Shown one piece after another: positions 1 through 10,129 of a stretch of DNA of 64,000 nt. A program made the translations under genes and the position numbers. The DNA is from an uncultured Phycisphaerales bacterium. Lineage in GTDB: Bacteria; Planctomycetota; Phycisphaerae; Sedimentisphaerales; Anaerobacaceae. The first letter of the stretch is position 1. Each line of letters starts with the position of its first letter. The stretch is from contig OY970359.1 of the NCBI GenBank assembly GCA_963718665.1, positions 1,504,001 through 1,568,000 of the forward strand. Reading direction: 5' to 3'. Below the pieces are notes generated by a model that was given only the letters and a program-made list of their open reading frames with translations, did not search any database and was not told the origin of the DNA.

Positions 1-935
1 CGGAAGCTCGGCAAAAGGTTCTTCACCGCATCTGTTACCGCCACCGTATTTGTCCCGGGCTGTCTCAGTATCGCCAGAATAATACCTCGCCTCGCCCCGT
101 TTGAAGTGACGTACCATGCGGCGGTCTTGTTGTTTTCGACACTGTCCACTACCTTACCGAGGTCTCCGAGCCGGACCGGCGAACCATTGCGATACGCTAC
201 AATCAGCGGTTTGTATGCAGCAGCGTCGTATAACTGTCCGCTTGCCTCCACCGTTACGGCTTTATCCGGCCCGTAAAGTACCCCCGTGGGCAGATTCACG
301 TTGCCGTTTGCGATGGCGTTGGCAACTTCGTCGATACCAAGACCTCTGCTGGCCAGCTCCGTCGGACTGGGCCATATACGGACGGCGTATTTTTGCGCTC
401 CATATACCACCACCTGTGCCACGCCGCTGACCATCGAAATTCGCTGCGCCATAAGGGTCTCACCATATTCATCCAGCGAGTACATAGGCATCGTCGGCCC
501 GGTCAAAGCAATATATAGAATCGGCTGGTCCGCCGGATTGACCTTCTGATAGGTAGGGGGGTATGGCAGGTTCTGAGGCAGTTGTTTTTGTGCCTGTGTG
601 ATTGCCGCCTGGATATCCTGCGCCGCTCCGTCGATATTGCGGCCGAGGCTGAACTGGAGAGTTATTTGTGTGTTTCCAAGCACGCTCGTTGATGTCATCT
701 GGTCAATACCGGCAATCGTAGAGAATTGTTTTTCAAGAGGCGTCGCCACCGACGAGGCCATTGTCTCCGGGCTTGCTCCCGGAAAGTTGACAGAAACCTG
801 TATCGTTGGGAAATCCACGTTCGGCAAATCGCTGACGGGAAGCTGCATAAAAGCCGCGATGCCGAAGATTAATATCCCCGACATCACGAGGGTTGTCATT
901 ACGGGTCGGTTTATAAACAAAGCTGTGAAATTCAT
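1..935 (-). CDS. RND efflux transporter permease (AcrB/MdtB-like), 5' part; runs off the left edge
   Basis: Manual translation from ATG at 935: MNFTALFINRPVMTTLVMSGILIFGIAAFMQLPVSDLPNVDFPTIQVSVNFPGASPETMASSVATPLEKQFSTIAG..., the classic AcrB-family N-terminus; open to position 1. Confidence 0.95.
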   Translation of the reverse strand, partial: MNFTALFINRPVMTTLVMSGILIFGIAAFMQLPVSDLPNVDFPTIQVSVNFPGASPETMASSVATPLEKQFSTIAGIDQMTSTSVLGNTQITLQFSLGRNIDGAAQDIQAAITQAQKQLPQNLPYPPTYQKVNPADQPILYIALTGPTMPMYSLDEYGETLMAQRISMVSGVAQVVVYGAQKYAVRIWPSPTELASRGLGIDEVANAIANGNVNLPTGVLYGPDKAVTVEASGQLYDAAAYKPLIVAYRNGSPVRLGDLGKVVDSVENNKTAAWYVTSNGARRGIILAILRQPGTNTVAVTDAVKNLLPSF

Positions 936-946
936 TTTTGATCCGT

Positions 947-2064
947 TCAGTGTTTGGTATTTATTTCTTCCTTTATCTGGACCTTTGCGCCGGGCACCAG
1001 TCGAAGTTGTCCGTCCGTTACTACTGTTTCGCCCGGCTCGACTCCTTCGACAACGGAACTGTTATTTGCTGTTCGCTGCACGGTAACGGTCCGGACTTCA
1101 ACTGTGTTGTCCGCCTTTACCACGTAAACATACTGACCCTGCTGCCCGTTTTGGACTGCCGAGGAGGGAACAACTATGACATTGGGTTCCTGCACAAGAT
1201 TAAGAGCGACAGTTACAAACTGCCCGGGCCATAGCAAGCGTTTTTCGTTTTGAAATATGCTCCACAGCCGAATCGTTCCCGTGGTGGTATCTACCGAATT
1301 ATCGATAAAAAGCAAATTTCCCCGCACCGGTTCCTGCCCCTCTGCGCGGGAATTTTCGCGATTACCTCAAGTGTGTTGCCGGCCATATACTTGCGTATCA
1401 GGGGCAGATATTGCTGCGGCAGTGTGAAACTTATCTTAATGGGGCTTATCTGGTTGATGCTCGCGATGGGGATGTCTTTTTCCTTAATCAAATTGCCCTG
1501 GTCAATGGAAATCGCCCCGATGACGCCGTCGATGGGCGAGCGGATTGAACAATAATCAACCTGTATCGCCGCGTCCTCCGCTGCCGCTTTATCGGAAGCC
1601 ACGGCGGCCTTAAGCACATCCACCGCCGTTACGCTGTTGTCATAATCGGTCTGCGACGCATAGCCCTTCTTCAGTAAATCCGTCTGCCTGGACGCCTCTT
1701 TTTCGGCGTTCTTCAATTGCGCCTCGTCTTTTTCGAGAGTTCCCTGTGCCGCTTTGAGCTCCGCCTCGAAAGACCGCGAGTCAATTGAAACCAGCAAATC
1801 GCCCTTGTTGACCTCCTGCCCTTCTTTGAAATGGACTATCGTTAGAACGCCAGCCACCTGCGATTTTATCGTAACGCTCTTATTTGCCTCGACCGTCCCG
1901 AAGCTGCTCAGTTCGAGAGGCAGGGTTTGTTGTGTTACCTGCGCCACCGATACCGGCACGACCTGCGAGACGGGGGGCGTTTTTCGCGAACAACCGGTAA
2001 GCAGGGCTGCAACCGCCAGCACTGCTGCCGACCAGATTTTTATTTTACAGTTATTATTATTCAT
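947..2064 (-). pseudogene. RND membrane-fusion (periplasmic adaptor) lipoprotein, frameshifted near 1345 (may be a sequencing error)
   Basis: ORF 1291..2064 has a lipobox (LLTGC) and biotinyl-like hybrid motifs; ORF 947..1327 continues it (RGNLLFIDNSVDTTTGTI...LWPGQFV...VVTDGQLRLVPG). Confidence 0.88.
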
Positions 2065-2084
2065 AAATAATTTACCAACCCAAA

Positions 2085-3743
2085 TTAACCCGACGTAATT
2101 TTCGATGTTTTTACCGGTTCGCTGCCCGGACTGGCGATTCCGCTTCGCATCAAGAGCGTTCCCTCAAGCCGATGAAGCTCCACTATCGCTATCTGATAAT
2201 TTATTACGGCCGTAAGCTCGGTTATCTGGCTCTGCAGAAAATCTCTTTGTGCCTGCGCGACAAGAATCGACGTTGATTTGCCGACTTCAAATTTGCCGGT
2301 TTCGACCTTGAGTTTTTCCTCCATCAGCTCTCTGCTCGCTTTTGCCGCGACAACCTGCTGCTGAACGCTTGTAATCTGCAAATAAGCGCCTCTTATATCA
2401 ACCTCGACTAATTGTTCGAGATTGCCGAGCGCCTCCTGTGCCTGTTGGCGTGACAGTATGGCCTGCTGGTTTGTCGCCTGCGCCGAGCGGTTCATCGGCG
2501 GATACTCGAAAGTTATGCCGGCCGTGACATCGTAATCATTTTTCTTAAAAATGTTCCGGGCCGAATCGTCGAATGAGTCGGCGTATCCCGTTCTGCCGAG
2601 AGTAATGAAAAAATCGAGCTGCGGCAGCAGGCCGTTGCGAGTCCTTACAAGTTCAAGTTCATCGCGGTCGAGCTGGAGGCGCGCCTGGTTCAGCTCCGGC
2701 CTCATCTGCTGACCGCGCAGGACGTACGTCTCCACGGGGCTAAGCTCGATTGCCGGTGTCGTCGGCTCGCTTTTGAGAATGATTTTTCTGTCCCAGGTTT
2801 CGTTGCCGCTGGGGTTCAGCAGCCGCAAAAGATTGAGCCGGTTTTGGTCAAATGCGTTTTTTGCAACGATGAGGTCCTGTTGCCTGAGCGCTGTTTCTGC
2901 CTTGGCCGCGGCGAGCTCACTCCGTGCCAGCGAGCCTATGCTAATTCGCTCCTCGGTTTCCTGCTGCTGTTTTTCCGCCACTTGCAACGATTGTTCGTAT
3001 ATCTCTATGCTCTTTTCCGCCAGCGAACAATTCCAGTATGCTTCCTCAATCTGCGCCACCAGCGACTCAACGAATCCGCGAAGTTCATATTGCGATATTT
3101 TCGTATCTATCCTGGCCTGGTTTACCGAGACAAGATTTACCGTGGTGCCAAAACCCCTCAAGAGCGATTGCGTTACGCTTCCACCCAGCCGCGTTGATAC
3201 GAACGGCTCGGCGGCAAACGAATCATCGAGCCGGTTTGTGCTGCCGTCAAGCGACAAGGTTGTGCCTGTAGGCAAAAACTCGCTTAACGAAGCGTCTGCG
3301 CCGAATGCCTTTTCGGTCTCTTTAACAGGTCCCGAGCCGGGCGCCGGAGGCGACACTAACCTCGTTTGGCCTTGCGACACCGTTCCTTTTAAATCCGGGT
3401 CGAATACGGCTAACGCCTGCTCCTCGAAGGTTCTTTTTATCTGCGGGTTTAGTTTTTCAACTGCCAGCGATTTGTTTTTCTGCAGAGATATCAGAACCGC
3501 ATCATTTAACGTTATATTAATAGGTCCATTTGGTTCTATTTTCACTATCGGCGAAGAATTGGGTTCCTGCGTTTTTTCATTTTCCAGAGGCGGCTGAATA
3601 GCTGGTTGCGAATCGGAAGGTCCTATATAATCCTGCTTATCAGTTGCCTCCGGCTCGGCGCACGAACTGAGCAGACACATCGCCACAAGTAAACCGAGTG
3701 TTATCGTGGTTTTATATAATATTGAAAATTTTTTCGCTAACAT
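2085..3743 (-). CDS. TolC-family outer membrane efflux lipoprotein
   Basis: Lipobox LLSSC, two OEP-type repeats, RPEL and LLPQLD motifs; upstream of MFP and RND genes. Confidence 0.9.
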   Translation of the reverse strand: MLAKKFSILYKTTITLGLLVAMCLLSSCAEPEATDKQDYIGPSDSQPAIQPPLENEKTQEPNSSPIVKIEPNGPINITLNDAVLISLQKNKSLAVEKLNPQIKRTFEEQALAVFDPDLKGTVSQGQTRLVSPPAPGSGPVKETEKAFGADASLSEFLPTGTTLSLDGSTNRLDDSFAAEPFVSTRLGGSVTQSLLRGFGTTVNLVSVNQARIDTKISQYELRGFVESLVAQIEEAYWNCSLAEKSIEIYEQSLQVAEKQQQETEERISIGSLARSELAAAKAETALRQQDLIVAKNAFDQNRLNLLRLLNPSGNETWDRKIILKSEPTTPAIELSPVETYVLRGQQMRPELNQARLQLDRDELELVRTRNGLLPQLDFFITLGRTGYADSFDDSARNIFKKNDYDVTAGITFEYPPMNRSAQATNQQAILSRQQAQEALGNLEQLVEVDIRGAYLQITSVQQQVVAAKASRELMEEKLKVETGKFEVGKSTSILVAQAQRDFLQSQITELTAVINYQIAIVELHRLEGTLLMRSGIASPGSEPVKTSKITSG

Positions 3744-3904
3744 CTTTAATAATACGGTAATCGTCCAATATTAGGGGTGAATTTCTAATAATCTTTCCCA
3801 TTTTAACATTTTTTGCGGCATTTTCCACAAGTTTAATCGGTCGATGTGAAAAAACTCTCGAAATTGAACCCTCTACAACACATAACTCTATGTGGTAGAG
3901 TATG

Positions 3905-5521
3905 TTACGACTGTGGCTGGTCTTTAATGAGGGATGGCGGTATATCGAGCCAAAAAGTCGAACCTTTGTCGAACTGGCTTTCAAAGCCGACCTGCCCAGC
4001 GAGCATATCAGCAAGCTCTTTGCTGATTGCAAGCCCTAATCCTGTGCCGCCCGATTCTCGCGTAAGAGGATTACCAAGCTGGCCGAATTTCTGGAACAGT
4101 TTTTCCTTGTCGGCCTCGGCTATTCCGCAGCCGGTATCGGTTACGGAAAACCTGATTGTTTTGTCGTCGAGTATCACGACACTTAATGTTATTTTGCCCT
4201 GCGGGGGTGTGAACTTTACCGCGTTGCTCATATAATTTTCGAGAATCTGCTGGATTTTTCCCGCGTCGGTCACAAGGGTTGGTATGTCCCGCTGCACTTC
4301 AAGCTCGACCTTGATGTTCTTTTCCCGTGTCATTTCAGAAAACGAAGACACAACGGCGTCGCAGATTTCATCGACTTTTATCTGCTCGATATGTAATTGA
4401 ATCTTATTGGCCTCGGCTTTGGCTAAGTAAAGCAGGTCGTTAATCATATTTAACAGCCGCTGACCTCCGACAATGATGTTTTCGGCATAGCGTTTTCCCT
4501 TGTCTTCCCTGAGCAGCTCCGGCTTGTCGCGCAGCACCTGGGCAAAACCCATAATGGAATTAAGCGGCGTTCTGAATTCGTGCGAGATATTTGCCAGGAA
4601 TTCGCCCTTGATTTTGTTTGCCTTGAAAAGCTCGATGTTGCGTTCCGAAAGCTCGATGATTTTGTCGTCGAGCTGCCTGTTTGCCTGGCGAAGCTTTTCC
4701 TGGGCGGCCTGCAGACCGTCGAGCATGTGATTGAATGCCTCGGCAAGCTTCTCGTATTCGTCGCGGGTATTTATCGAGCTTCTGATGTCGAGGTTGCCTT
4801 CGGCGACGTTGTTGGCAAGCGTGCGCAGTTGGCGAATAGGACTCAGAATGACCCGTTGCGTTATGATGTAAAATGCCACGATTGCGCCCGTGCCGCTGAT
4901 TAAGCCGGCGACGATAATCCAGACGCGGTTTAAGAGAACCGCCCTGCGTATTTCGGCGGCCGGTCTTTCGACTATCACTGCGCCTATTGCTTCGTTGCGA
5001 TTAAATGCCCCCGCCGAACCCTGTGGGTTGTGGCAGGTTATACAGCCCTCGGTTGCGCGAAAGACGCGCACATAGCTGGAATAAAGCGTATTTTTCCTGG
5101 TCTCAAAGCGTATCTGGTCGGAGGAATCCTCGTTGTCGCGCAGGTCCTCAACCATAAGTCGTTGCTGGACAGACAATCCTTCTATTTTTTTGTCGTCTTT
5201 TTTGAAGCGTACCCAGCGAATGTCGGTTTTGTTCGGGTCCATCACGTTGCCCCGGTCATCGAGCATCGCCAGTTTGGTGTCGGCCGGGGGATGTGTCTGA
5301 AAATGATTCCGGACCAGCGTTTCCGCCCAGGCCCTGCTGGCGTCAAGCCGATTCTGCCGGGTGAGCTGGCGCATCCAGCCATAAGGAATGAGCAGCGCCA
5401 AAGCCAGTATCAGCACCACCGCCGTGCCGAAGGCAATCCTGCACTTTTCCGCCAGCGACAAAGGCGATAAGTGCAGGAAAACCAGAATCCTGTGATAAAT
5501 TTTGCCTATTCTTTTCAGCAT
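3905..5521 (-). CDS. Membrane sensor histidine kinase (periplasmic CxxCH domain, HAMP, HisKA, HATPase)
   Basis: Two TM segments, CITCH, H-box ISHEFRTPLN, N-box NAVKFT, G-boxes DTGCGI and GGTGLGL. Confidence 0.93.
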   Translation of the reverse strand: MLKRIGKIYHRILVFLHLSPLSLAEKCRIAFGTAVVLILALALLIPYGWMRQLTRQNRLDASRAWAETLVRNHFQTHPPADTKLAMLDDRGNVMDPNKTDIRWVRFKKDDKKIEGLSVQQRLMVEDLRDNEDSSDQIRFETRKNTLYSSYVRVFRATEGCITCHNPQGSAGAFNRNEAIGAVIVERPAAEIRRAVLLNRVWIIVAGLISGTGAIVAFYIITQRVILSPIRQLRTLANNVAEGNLDIRSSINTRDEYEKLAEAFNHMLDGLQAAQEKLRQANRQLDDKIIELSERNIELFKANKIKGEFLANISHEFRTPLNSIMGFAQVLRDKPELLREDKGKRYAENIIVGGQRLLNMINDLLYLAKAEANKIQLHIEQIKVDEICDAVVSSFSEMTREKNIKVELEVQRDIPTLVTDAGKIQQILENYMSNAVKFTPPQGKITLSVVILDDKTIRFSVTDTGCGIAEADKEKLFQKFGQLGNPLTRESGGTGLGLAISKELADMLAGQVGFESQFDKGSTFWLDIPPSLIKDQPQS

Positions 5522-5558
5522 AAAGTTGTGGCTGTTATGGCTTACTCATTTTGATAAG

Positions 5559-6230
5559 TCAGCGGCCGGCACGCAACATATAATAATATAAATCCAGAAT
5601 TAAGTAGTAAAAAACCGGAGGCACAAGGCAGAGCAGCCACAGCATCGTCTTTCGTTTGACATTTGTGAGAAACAGCCAGACAAATAAAATAATCCACACA
5701 GCCGGCAAAATGCTGTTTAATCCAATTGCGGTTTGCTTGGTATTGCCGCCGATGAACCTCAGCAGTTGTAACCAGTGTGATGGAATGGGAATAATCATCA
5801 TTGTTGCAGCAGCCCAGGCCCCTGTCGCTGTGGCTGTGATTTTTTTAGAGGCCTTGTGAACGAGAACGGGCAGGGCGAAATACCATGCCGAACCGACAAG
5901 TATATGGAAAAGCGAAAAGATTAAGAAAAGCTGCAAGCTGTAGGCGGAGGCAAGATACGGGTCGCCGGGCGCAAAAAAGTGCGAGAAAGCAGGCAGTATG
6001 ACCTTTGGCAGCAACAGGGACACGGGGTAGTCGATGTAGCCGCATACAATCCAGAACATGTGCCATTGCCCCTCATGATGACTAATAATATAGATGATGT
6101 TCATGAGCATAAAGAGCATGTGCACGATGCCGATAAGCAGCCCGGCCTGAAACGCCCATGGCTGTCTTTCCAGCCAGCCGCGGGGCACAACCATTGGCAT
6201 ATCGTTGCATTCACTGTGCCGATTAAACAC
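5559..6230 (-). CDS. Hypothetical multi-pass membrane protein (start uncertain: GTG 6230 or ATG 6200)
   Basis: Hydrophobic ORF co-oriented between aspS and the kinase. Confidence 0.65.
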   Translation of the reverse strand: MFNRHSECNDMPMVVPRGWLERQPWAFQAGLLIGIVHMLFMLMNIIYIISHHEGQWHMFWIVCGYIDYPVSLLLPKVILPAFSHFFAPGDPYLASAYSLQLFLIFSLFHILVGSAWYFALPVLVHKASKKITATATGAWAAATMMIIPIPSHWLQLLRFIGGNTKQTAIGLNSILPAVWIILFVWLFLTNVKRKTMLWLLCLVPPVFYYLILDLYYYMLRAGR

Positions 6231-6243
6231 TACCGCCTCGTTA

Positions 6244-8073
6244 TTATGAATGCTTTGGTTTCTGCTCTTCTGCCTTGTCTGCAAGCTCGTGCGAATGTTT
6301 CTGTGTTCGCAGGTTCAGTTCGTCAAGCTGTTTTTGCTCGACCTCGCTCGGCGCGTCGGTGAGCAGGCACTGGCCCCGCTGCGTCTTCGGGAAGGCGATG
6401 ACGTCGCGGATATTGTCTGTGCCCGTCAGCAGCATAATCATCCGGTCCAGCCCCAGTGCGATTCCGCCGTGGGGCGGGGCCCCGTGCTCCAGCGCACGCA
6501 GGAAGAAACCGAATCGTAACTGCGCCTGTTCTCTTGTAATATTCAGCAGGTCGAATACCTTCGCCTGCATTTCGGGTCTGTGGATACGGACGCTGCCCCC
6601 GCCTATTTCCGAGCCGTTGACGACTATATCGTATGCCTGGGCGATAATATGCCCCGGGTCGGTTTCCAGTTTTGGGATGTCCGCCGGAATCGGCGCGGTA
6701 AACGGGTGATGCATCGAGTCGTATCGTTTTTCGTCGGCGTTCCATTCGAACAGCGGGAAATCCACAATCCACACGAATTCAAATTTGCCTTCGTCGTAGA
6801 GTTTGAGTTCCTTCGCGATTTTACATCTAAGCGGCGCAAGGGCCTTATTTACTCCTTTTTCGTCGGCTGCCACCAGCAGGACCAGGTCGCCGTCCTTTGC
6901 GCCGAAGCGGTTTGCCATTTCTTCGAGCTGGTCGGGGCTGAAAAATTTTGACAGGTTGCTGACAAGGGTCATTTTGCCGTTCTCGTTTTTGGCCTTGAAC
7001 CATGCAAGTCCTTTTGTCCCGTAATCGGCCGCGAAACCGGTCAGTGTTTTTTCGATGTCGTTGCGTGAGTATTTGTTGCCGCCGTCAGGAGCGCAAAGCC
7101 CCTTGACGATGCCGCCTGATTGTGTGGCCGAGGTGAAGACCTTGAACGTGCTTTTGGCGGCGATGTCCGATACGTTTTTAAGCTTCATATCAAAGCGAAG
7201 GTCGGGCCTGTCGATGCCGTAATCATCCAGTGCTTCTTTATAAGTCATTCGTCGAATCGGCGTTTTGATATTGAGGCCGAGCACTTCGTTGAAGATTTTG
7301 GCGACCAGCACTTCGTGAACTTTTATGACGTCGTCCGCTTCGACGAAACTCATCTCCACATCGATTTGCGTGAATTCCGCCTGCCTGTCGGCTCGCGGGT
7401 CCTCGTCGCGGAAACAGCGGACAATCTGGAAATACTTGTCTGTGCCGCTGACCATAAGTATCTGTTTGAATAACTGGGGCGACTGGGGCAATGCGTAAAA
7501 CGTTCCCGGCACCAATCGGCTGGGGACAAGGAAGTCGCGTGCCCCTTCCGGGGTGCTTTTGCCCAGCATAGGCGTCTCGATTTCCCAGAAGCCCAGCGAA
7601 TCGAGATAATCGCGTGCGATTTTTGTAACGCGATGACGAACCTTGAGCTTTTCCTGCATTGCCGGCCTGCGCAGGTCGATATATCGATATTGCAGCCGGA
7701 TCTCTTCGCCTGTCTTTTCGGCGGTGTCAATCTCAAAAGGCGGCGTCTTTGCGGTATTGAGAATTTCGAGCTTCTCGACTGCCACTTCGATTTGTCCGGT
7801 GGCGAGTTTGGGGTTTTCCAGTCCTTCGCCCCTCGGCTCTACGACGCCTTCTACCGCCACAACCCATTCGCTGCGGACCGTCTGTGCGAGTTTGTGGGCA
7901 TCGGGGAATTTTTCGGGATTGAAGACCAGTTGTGTAATGCCTTCCCTGTCGCGCAGGTCAAAGAATATAAGTCCGCCGTGGTCGCGGGACGACTTTACCC
8001 AGCCGGCCAGAATGACCCTTTTATCTTTATCCGCCAGACGAAGCTGGCCGCAATTGACTGTCCTTTTGAGCAT
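6244..8073 (-). CDS. aspS: Aspartate--tRNA ligase
   Basis: [61 protein letters not shown]. Confidence 0.98.
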   Translation of the reverse strand: MLKRTVNCGQLRLADKDKRVILAGWVKSSRDHGGLIFFDLRDREGITQLVFNPEKFPDAHKLAQTVRSEWVVAVEGVVEPRGEGLENPKLATGQIEVAVEKLEILNTAKTPPFEIDTAEKTGEEIRLQYRYIDLRRPAMQEKLKVRHRVTKIARDYLDSLGFWEIETPMLGKSTPEGARDFLVPSRLVPGTFYALPQSPQLFKQILMVSGTDKYFQIVRCFRDEDPRADRQAEFTQIDVEMSFVEADDVIKVHEVLVAKIFNEVLGLNIKTPIRRMTYKEALDDYGIDRPDLRFDMKLKNVSDIAAKSTFKVFTSATQSGGIVKGLCAPDGGNKYSRNDIEKTLTGFAADYGTKGLAWFKAKNENGKMTLVSNLSKFFSPDQLEEMANRFGAKDGDLVLLVAADEKGVNKALAPLRCKIAKELKLYDEGKFEFVWIVDFPLFEWNADEKRYDSMHHPFTAPIPADIPKLETDPGHIIAQAYDIVVNGSEIGGGSVRIHRPEMQAKVFDLLNITREQAQLRFGFFLRALEHGAPPHGGIALGLDRMIMLLTGTDNIRDVIAFPKTQRGQCLLTDAPSEVEQKQLDELNLRTQKHSHELADKAEEQKPKHS

Positions 8074-8129
8074 TGAAAATCCGCCTAAAAGCTGTTGAAT
8101 ATTGCAAAACCTGTATTTACAGATAGTCG

Positions 8130-8158
8130 AGGATACCCTGTTGCCATTAAATAGTCAA
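8130..8158 (-). promoter_or_regulatory. Sigma70-like promoter of aspS
   Basis: TTGACT-N17-TATCCT on the minus strand. Confidence 0.55.
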
Positions 8159-9029
8159 TAACCGGCTTTGCACGCGATTCACCTGGTTCGGAAGGGGCCG
8201 CGTTATAAGTTAGAGGGCACGTAAGTACGGTTTAAAAAATCGAAGGGGCAGGAAGCTGCAGAAATTTCAGCCCTTTTTCACTTAGATCTCACCTTACGAA
8301 GCAGCCATTGCATAATTGCTTGTGTCTGGTTTTTCCATATTATAGTTGTTATTTATGTCCTGGACTAATCTGCCGAGAGACAGGCAATGGCCGGTTTTTT
8401 GGGATACAGGCATAGCATTTATTATAAACAGACCTGCCAGAGTGTGCTTTAAAGAATCGTTGACGTCAGGCAGAGCGCATCTTCCTATGTCATAAGCAAA
8501 TTTTAGAATCGGCTCACCTTTGTGCGATTGCCGAGCCAGGGCATAAGCCAAATCAAATTTGCTTTTTAAAATACATCTTAAGAACAACTTGGATATGCCG
8601 TTTTTACCTGGAATGATTTCATCGCGGTAAACCTGTGCGTAAAACTTTAATATATGACTTAGGGGAACCATGTTCCGGGCTCGTTCAGACCAGGGCATGA
8701 ATGACACGGACGCAAAATGAATCCAGAAGGCCTCTTCTTTTGTGTAGCCATAACTCATTAGCCGATTCGTTTGATTGCTATAGGTGTCGTATAAGCAATC
8801 TACCGCATCTGACAGATAACTTATCATATTATATATTCCTTATTCGCGTATTTCTTTACGTTTAGCGAAAACATCTGTTTATATAACCAGTCATTGTTCA
8901 AGTGATATTAGTATGCCGTTATTTTTTGTATATTTAAAGGCAGCCCTTTGACCATCCCCCCGAAAACTGTGCCAGTTGTAATTAGAAAGCCGGCGTGATA
9001 GACCGCGGAATAGTCAATAACCGGCTTTG
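8150..9029. repeat. 21-bp direct repeat AATAGTCAATAACCGGCTTTG at 8150-8170 and 9009-9029
   Basis: Identical copies read directly. Confidence 0.9.
8294..8827 (-). CDS. Hypothetical protein, AT-rich
   Basis: 177-aa ORF with AGGA upstream and a hairpin downstream; no recognisable motif. Confidence 0.6.
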   Translation of the reverse strand: MISYLSDAVDCLYDTYSNQTNRLMSYGYTKEEAFWIHFASVSFMPWSERARNMVPLSHILKFYAQVYRDEIIPGKNGISKLFLRCILKSKFDLAYALARQSHKGEPILKFAYDIGRCALPDVNDSLKHTLAGLFIINAMPVSQKTGHCLSLGRLVQDINNNYNMEKPDTSNYAMAAS

Positions 9030-9258
9030 ACCAGGCCAAATGATATGGCGGACTCACAAAAGCCCTCTTTCGTTGGCAAAAAGCATAATTAGAGAACAAA
9101 CAAGTGGTTTGGCGTGTCGGAGGCAGGGGCCGATATGATATTAAAGAAGTTATTAAATATTGACGATAAAGCAGATAACACAGCGCGATGATATGGAAGA
9201 GGGCGCAAAAAAACATCATTGTCGCAGAGTCGTTTTGCGTTTGGGAAAGGATATTAAA

Positions 9259-10098
9259 ATGAAAAGTGCAACGACAAAAGTCGTGGCGATTATATGTATA
9301 TTGAGCTTGGCTATAATCAGCTGCTGGTTTCTGTTGAAAAATAGAAACGGCTTTGTGCCTGTGGTTATTTGTATGTTGGGTTTGGCTTTAATTGACGGAT
9401 GGTTAATGGCAAAAGAGCTGGTTGGCTGCATCCTTTGGATTACATTTTTAGTCACTATGATAGCGATAAGCTGCTGGTTTTTAATAGCAGACAGAACAAA
9501 CTGTGTGCCTGTGATTATATGCATATTGGGTTTGGCTGTAGTCGGCGGCGGGTTTGTAGTGGAAGACAAACTGCAATATTTGCTTGTGCTGACGTGTATT
9601 TTGAGCACCGCCATAATCGGGTGCGGGTCTTTTATGGACAAACTGACTCCTGCCGATATACCTAAGCCGGCTTTGGATTATCTTGGAAAGGAACCTAACG
9701 CCGTTGGAATTCATTCGTTATACACTGCCCGACAGATAAAAAACGACGTTATTGTCAAACATCAGAATGTCCAGTCCGACCTTTTGCACCTTGCGGAAAA
9801 AGACAAATTTGACTACCTGAATGCTTTCGAGATGATTGACGCGTCTATTAAAGAGGGCGAGAATTTTCAAGATATGGTTGTAGGCAGCGAAAAGCAGCCG
9901 TTTAGCTTATTGGGTCTCCTGGCCGGGGCTACCGGCGGCGGATTTATAGGTTACAGGATAAAACGTAAAGAGGACAAAAATCCCGATGAGGTTAAGGCGT
10001 TAATTGCAGATGCCAGAGACATAGGTTGGGATGAGTGCGAAGCCCGGGTAACCAATGATGAACTTCATCCTAAAACAACCAGCCACGTTAAATCATAA
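9259..10098 (+). CDS. Hypothetical membrane protein with an internal ~50-aa duplication
   Basis: ATG 9259 after AAGGA; repeated ISCWFL...VPV(V/I)IC(M/I)LGLA segments. Confidence 0.7.
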   Translation: MKSATTKVVAIICILSLAIISCWFLLKNRNGFVPVVICMLGLALIDGWLMAKELVGCILWITFLVTMIAISCWFLIADRTNCVPVIICILGLAVVGGGFVVEDKLQYLLVLTCILSTAIIGCGSFMDKLTPADIPKPALDYLGKEPNAVGIHSLYTARQIKNDVIVKHQNVQSDLLHLAEKDKFDYLNAFEMIDASIKEGENFQDMVVGSEKQPFSLLGLLAGATGGGFIGYRIKRKEDKNPDEVKALIADARDIGWDECEARVTNDELHPKTTSHVKS

Positions 10099-10129
10099 GT
10101 CAATATCGCCGGCTTAGGTGAAACAGGCG

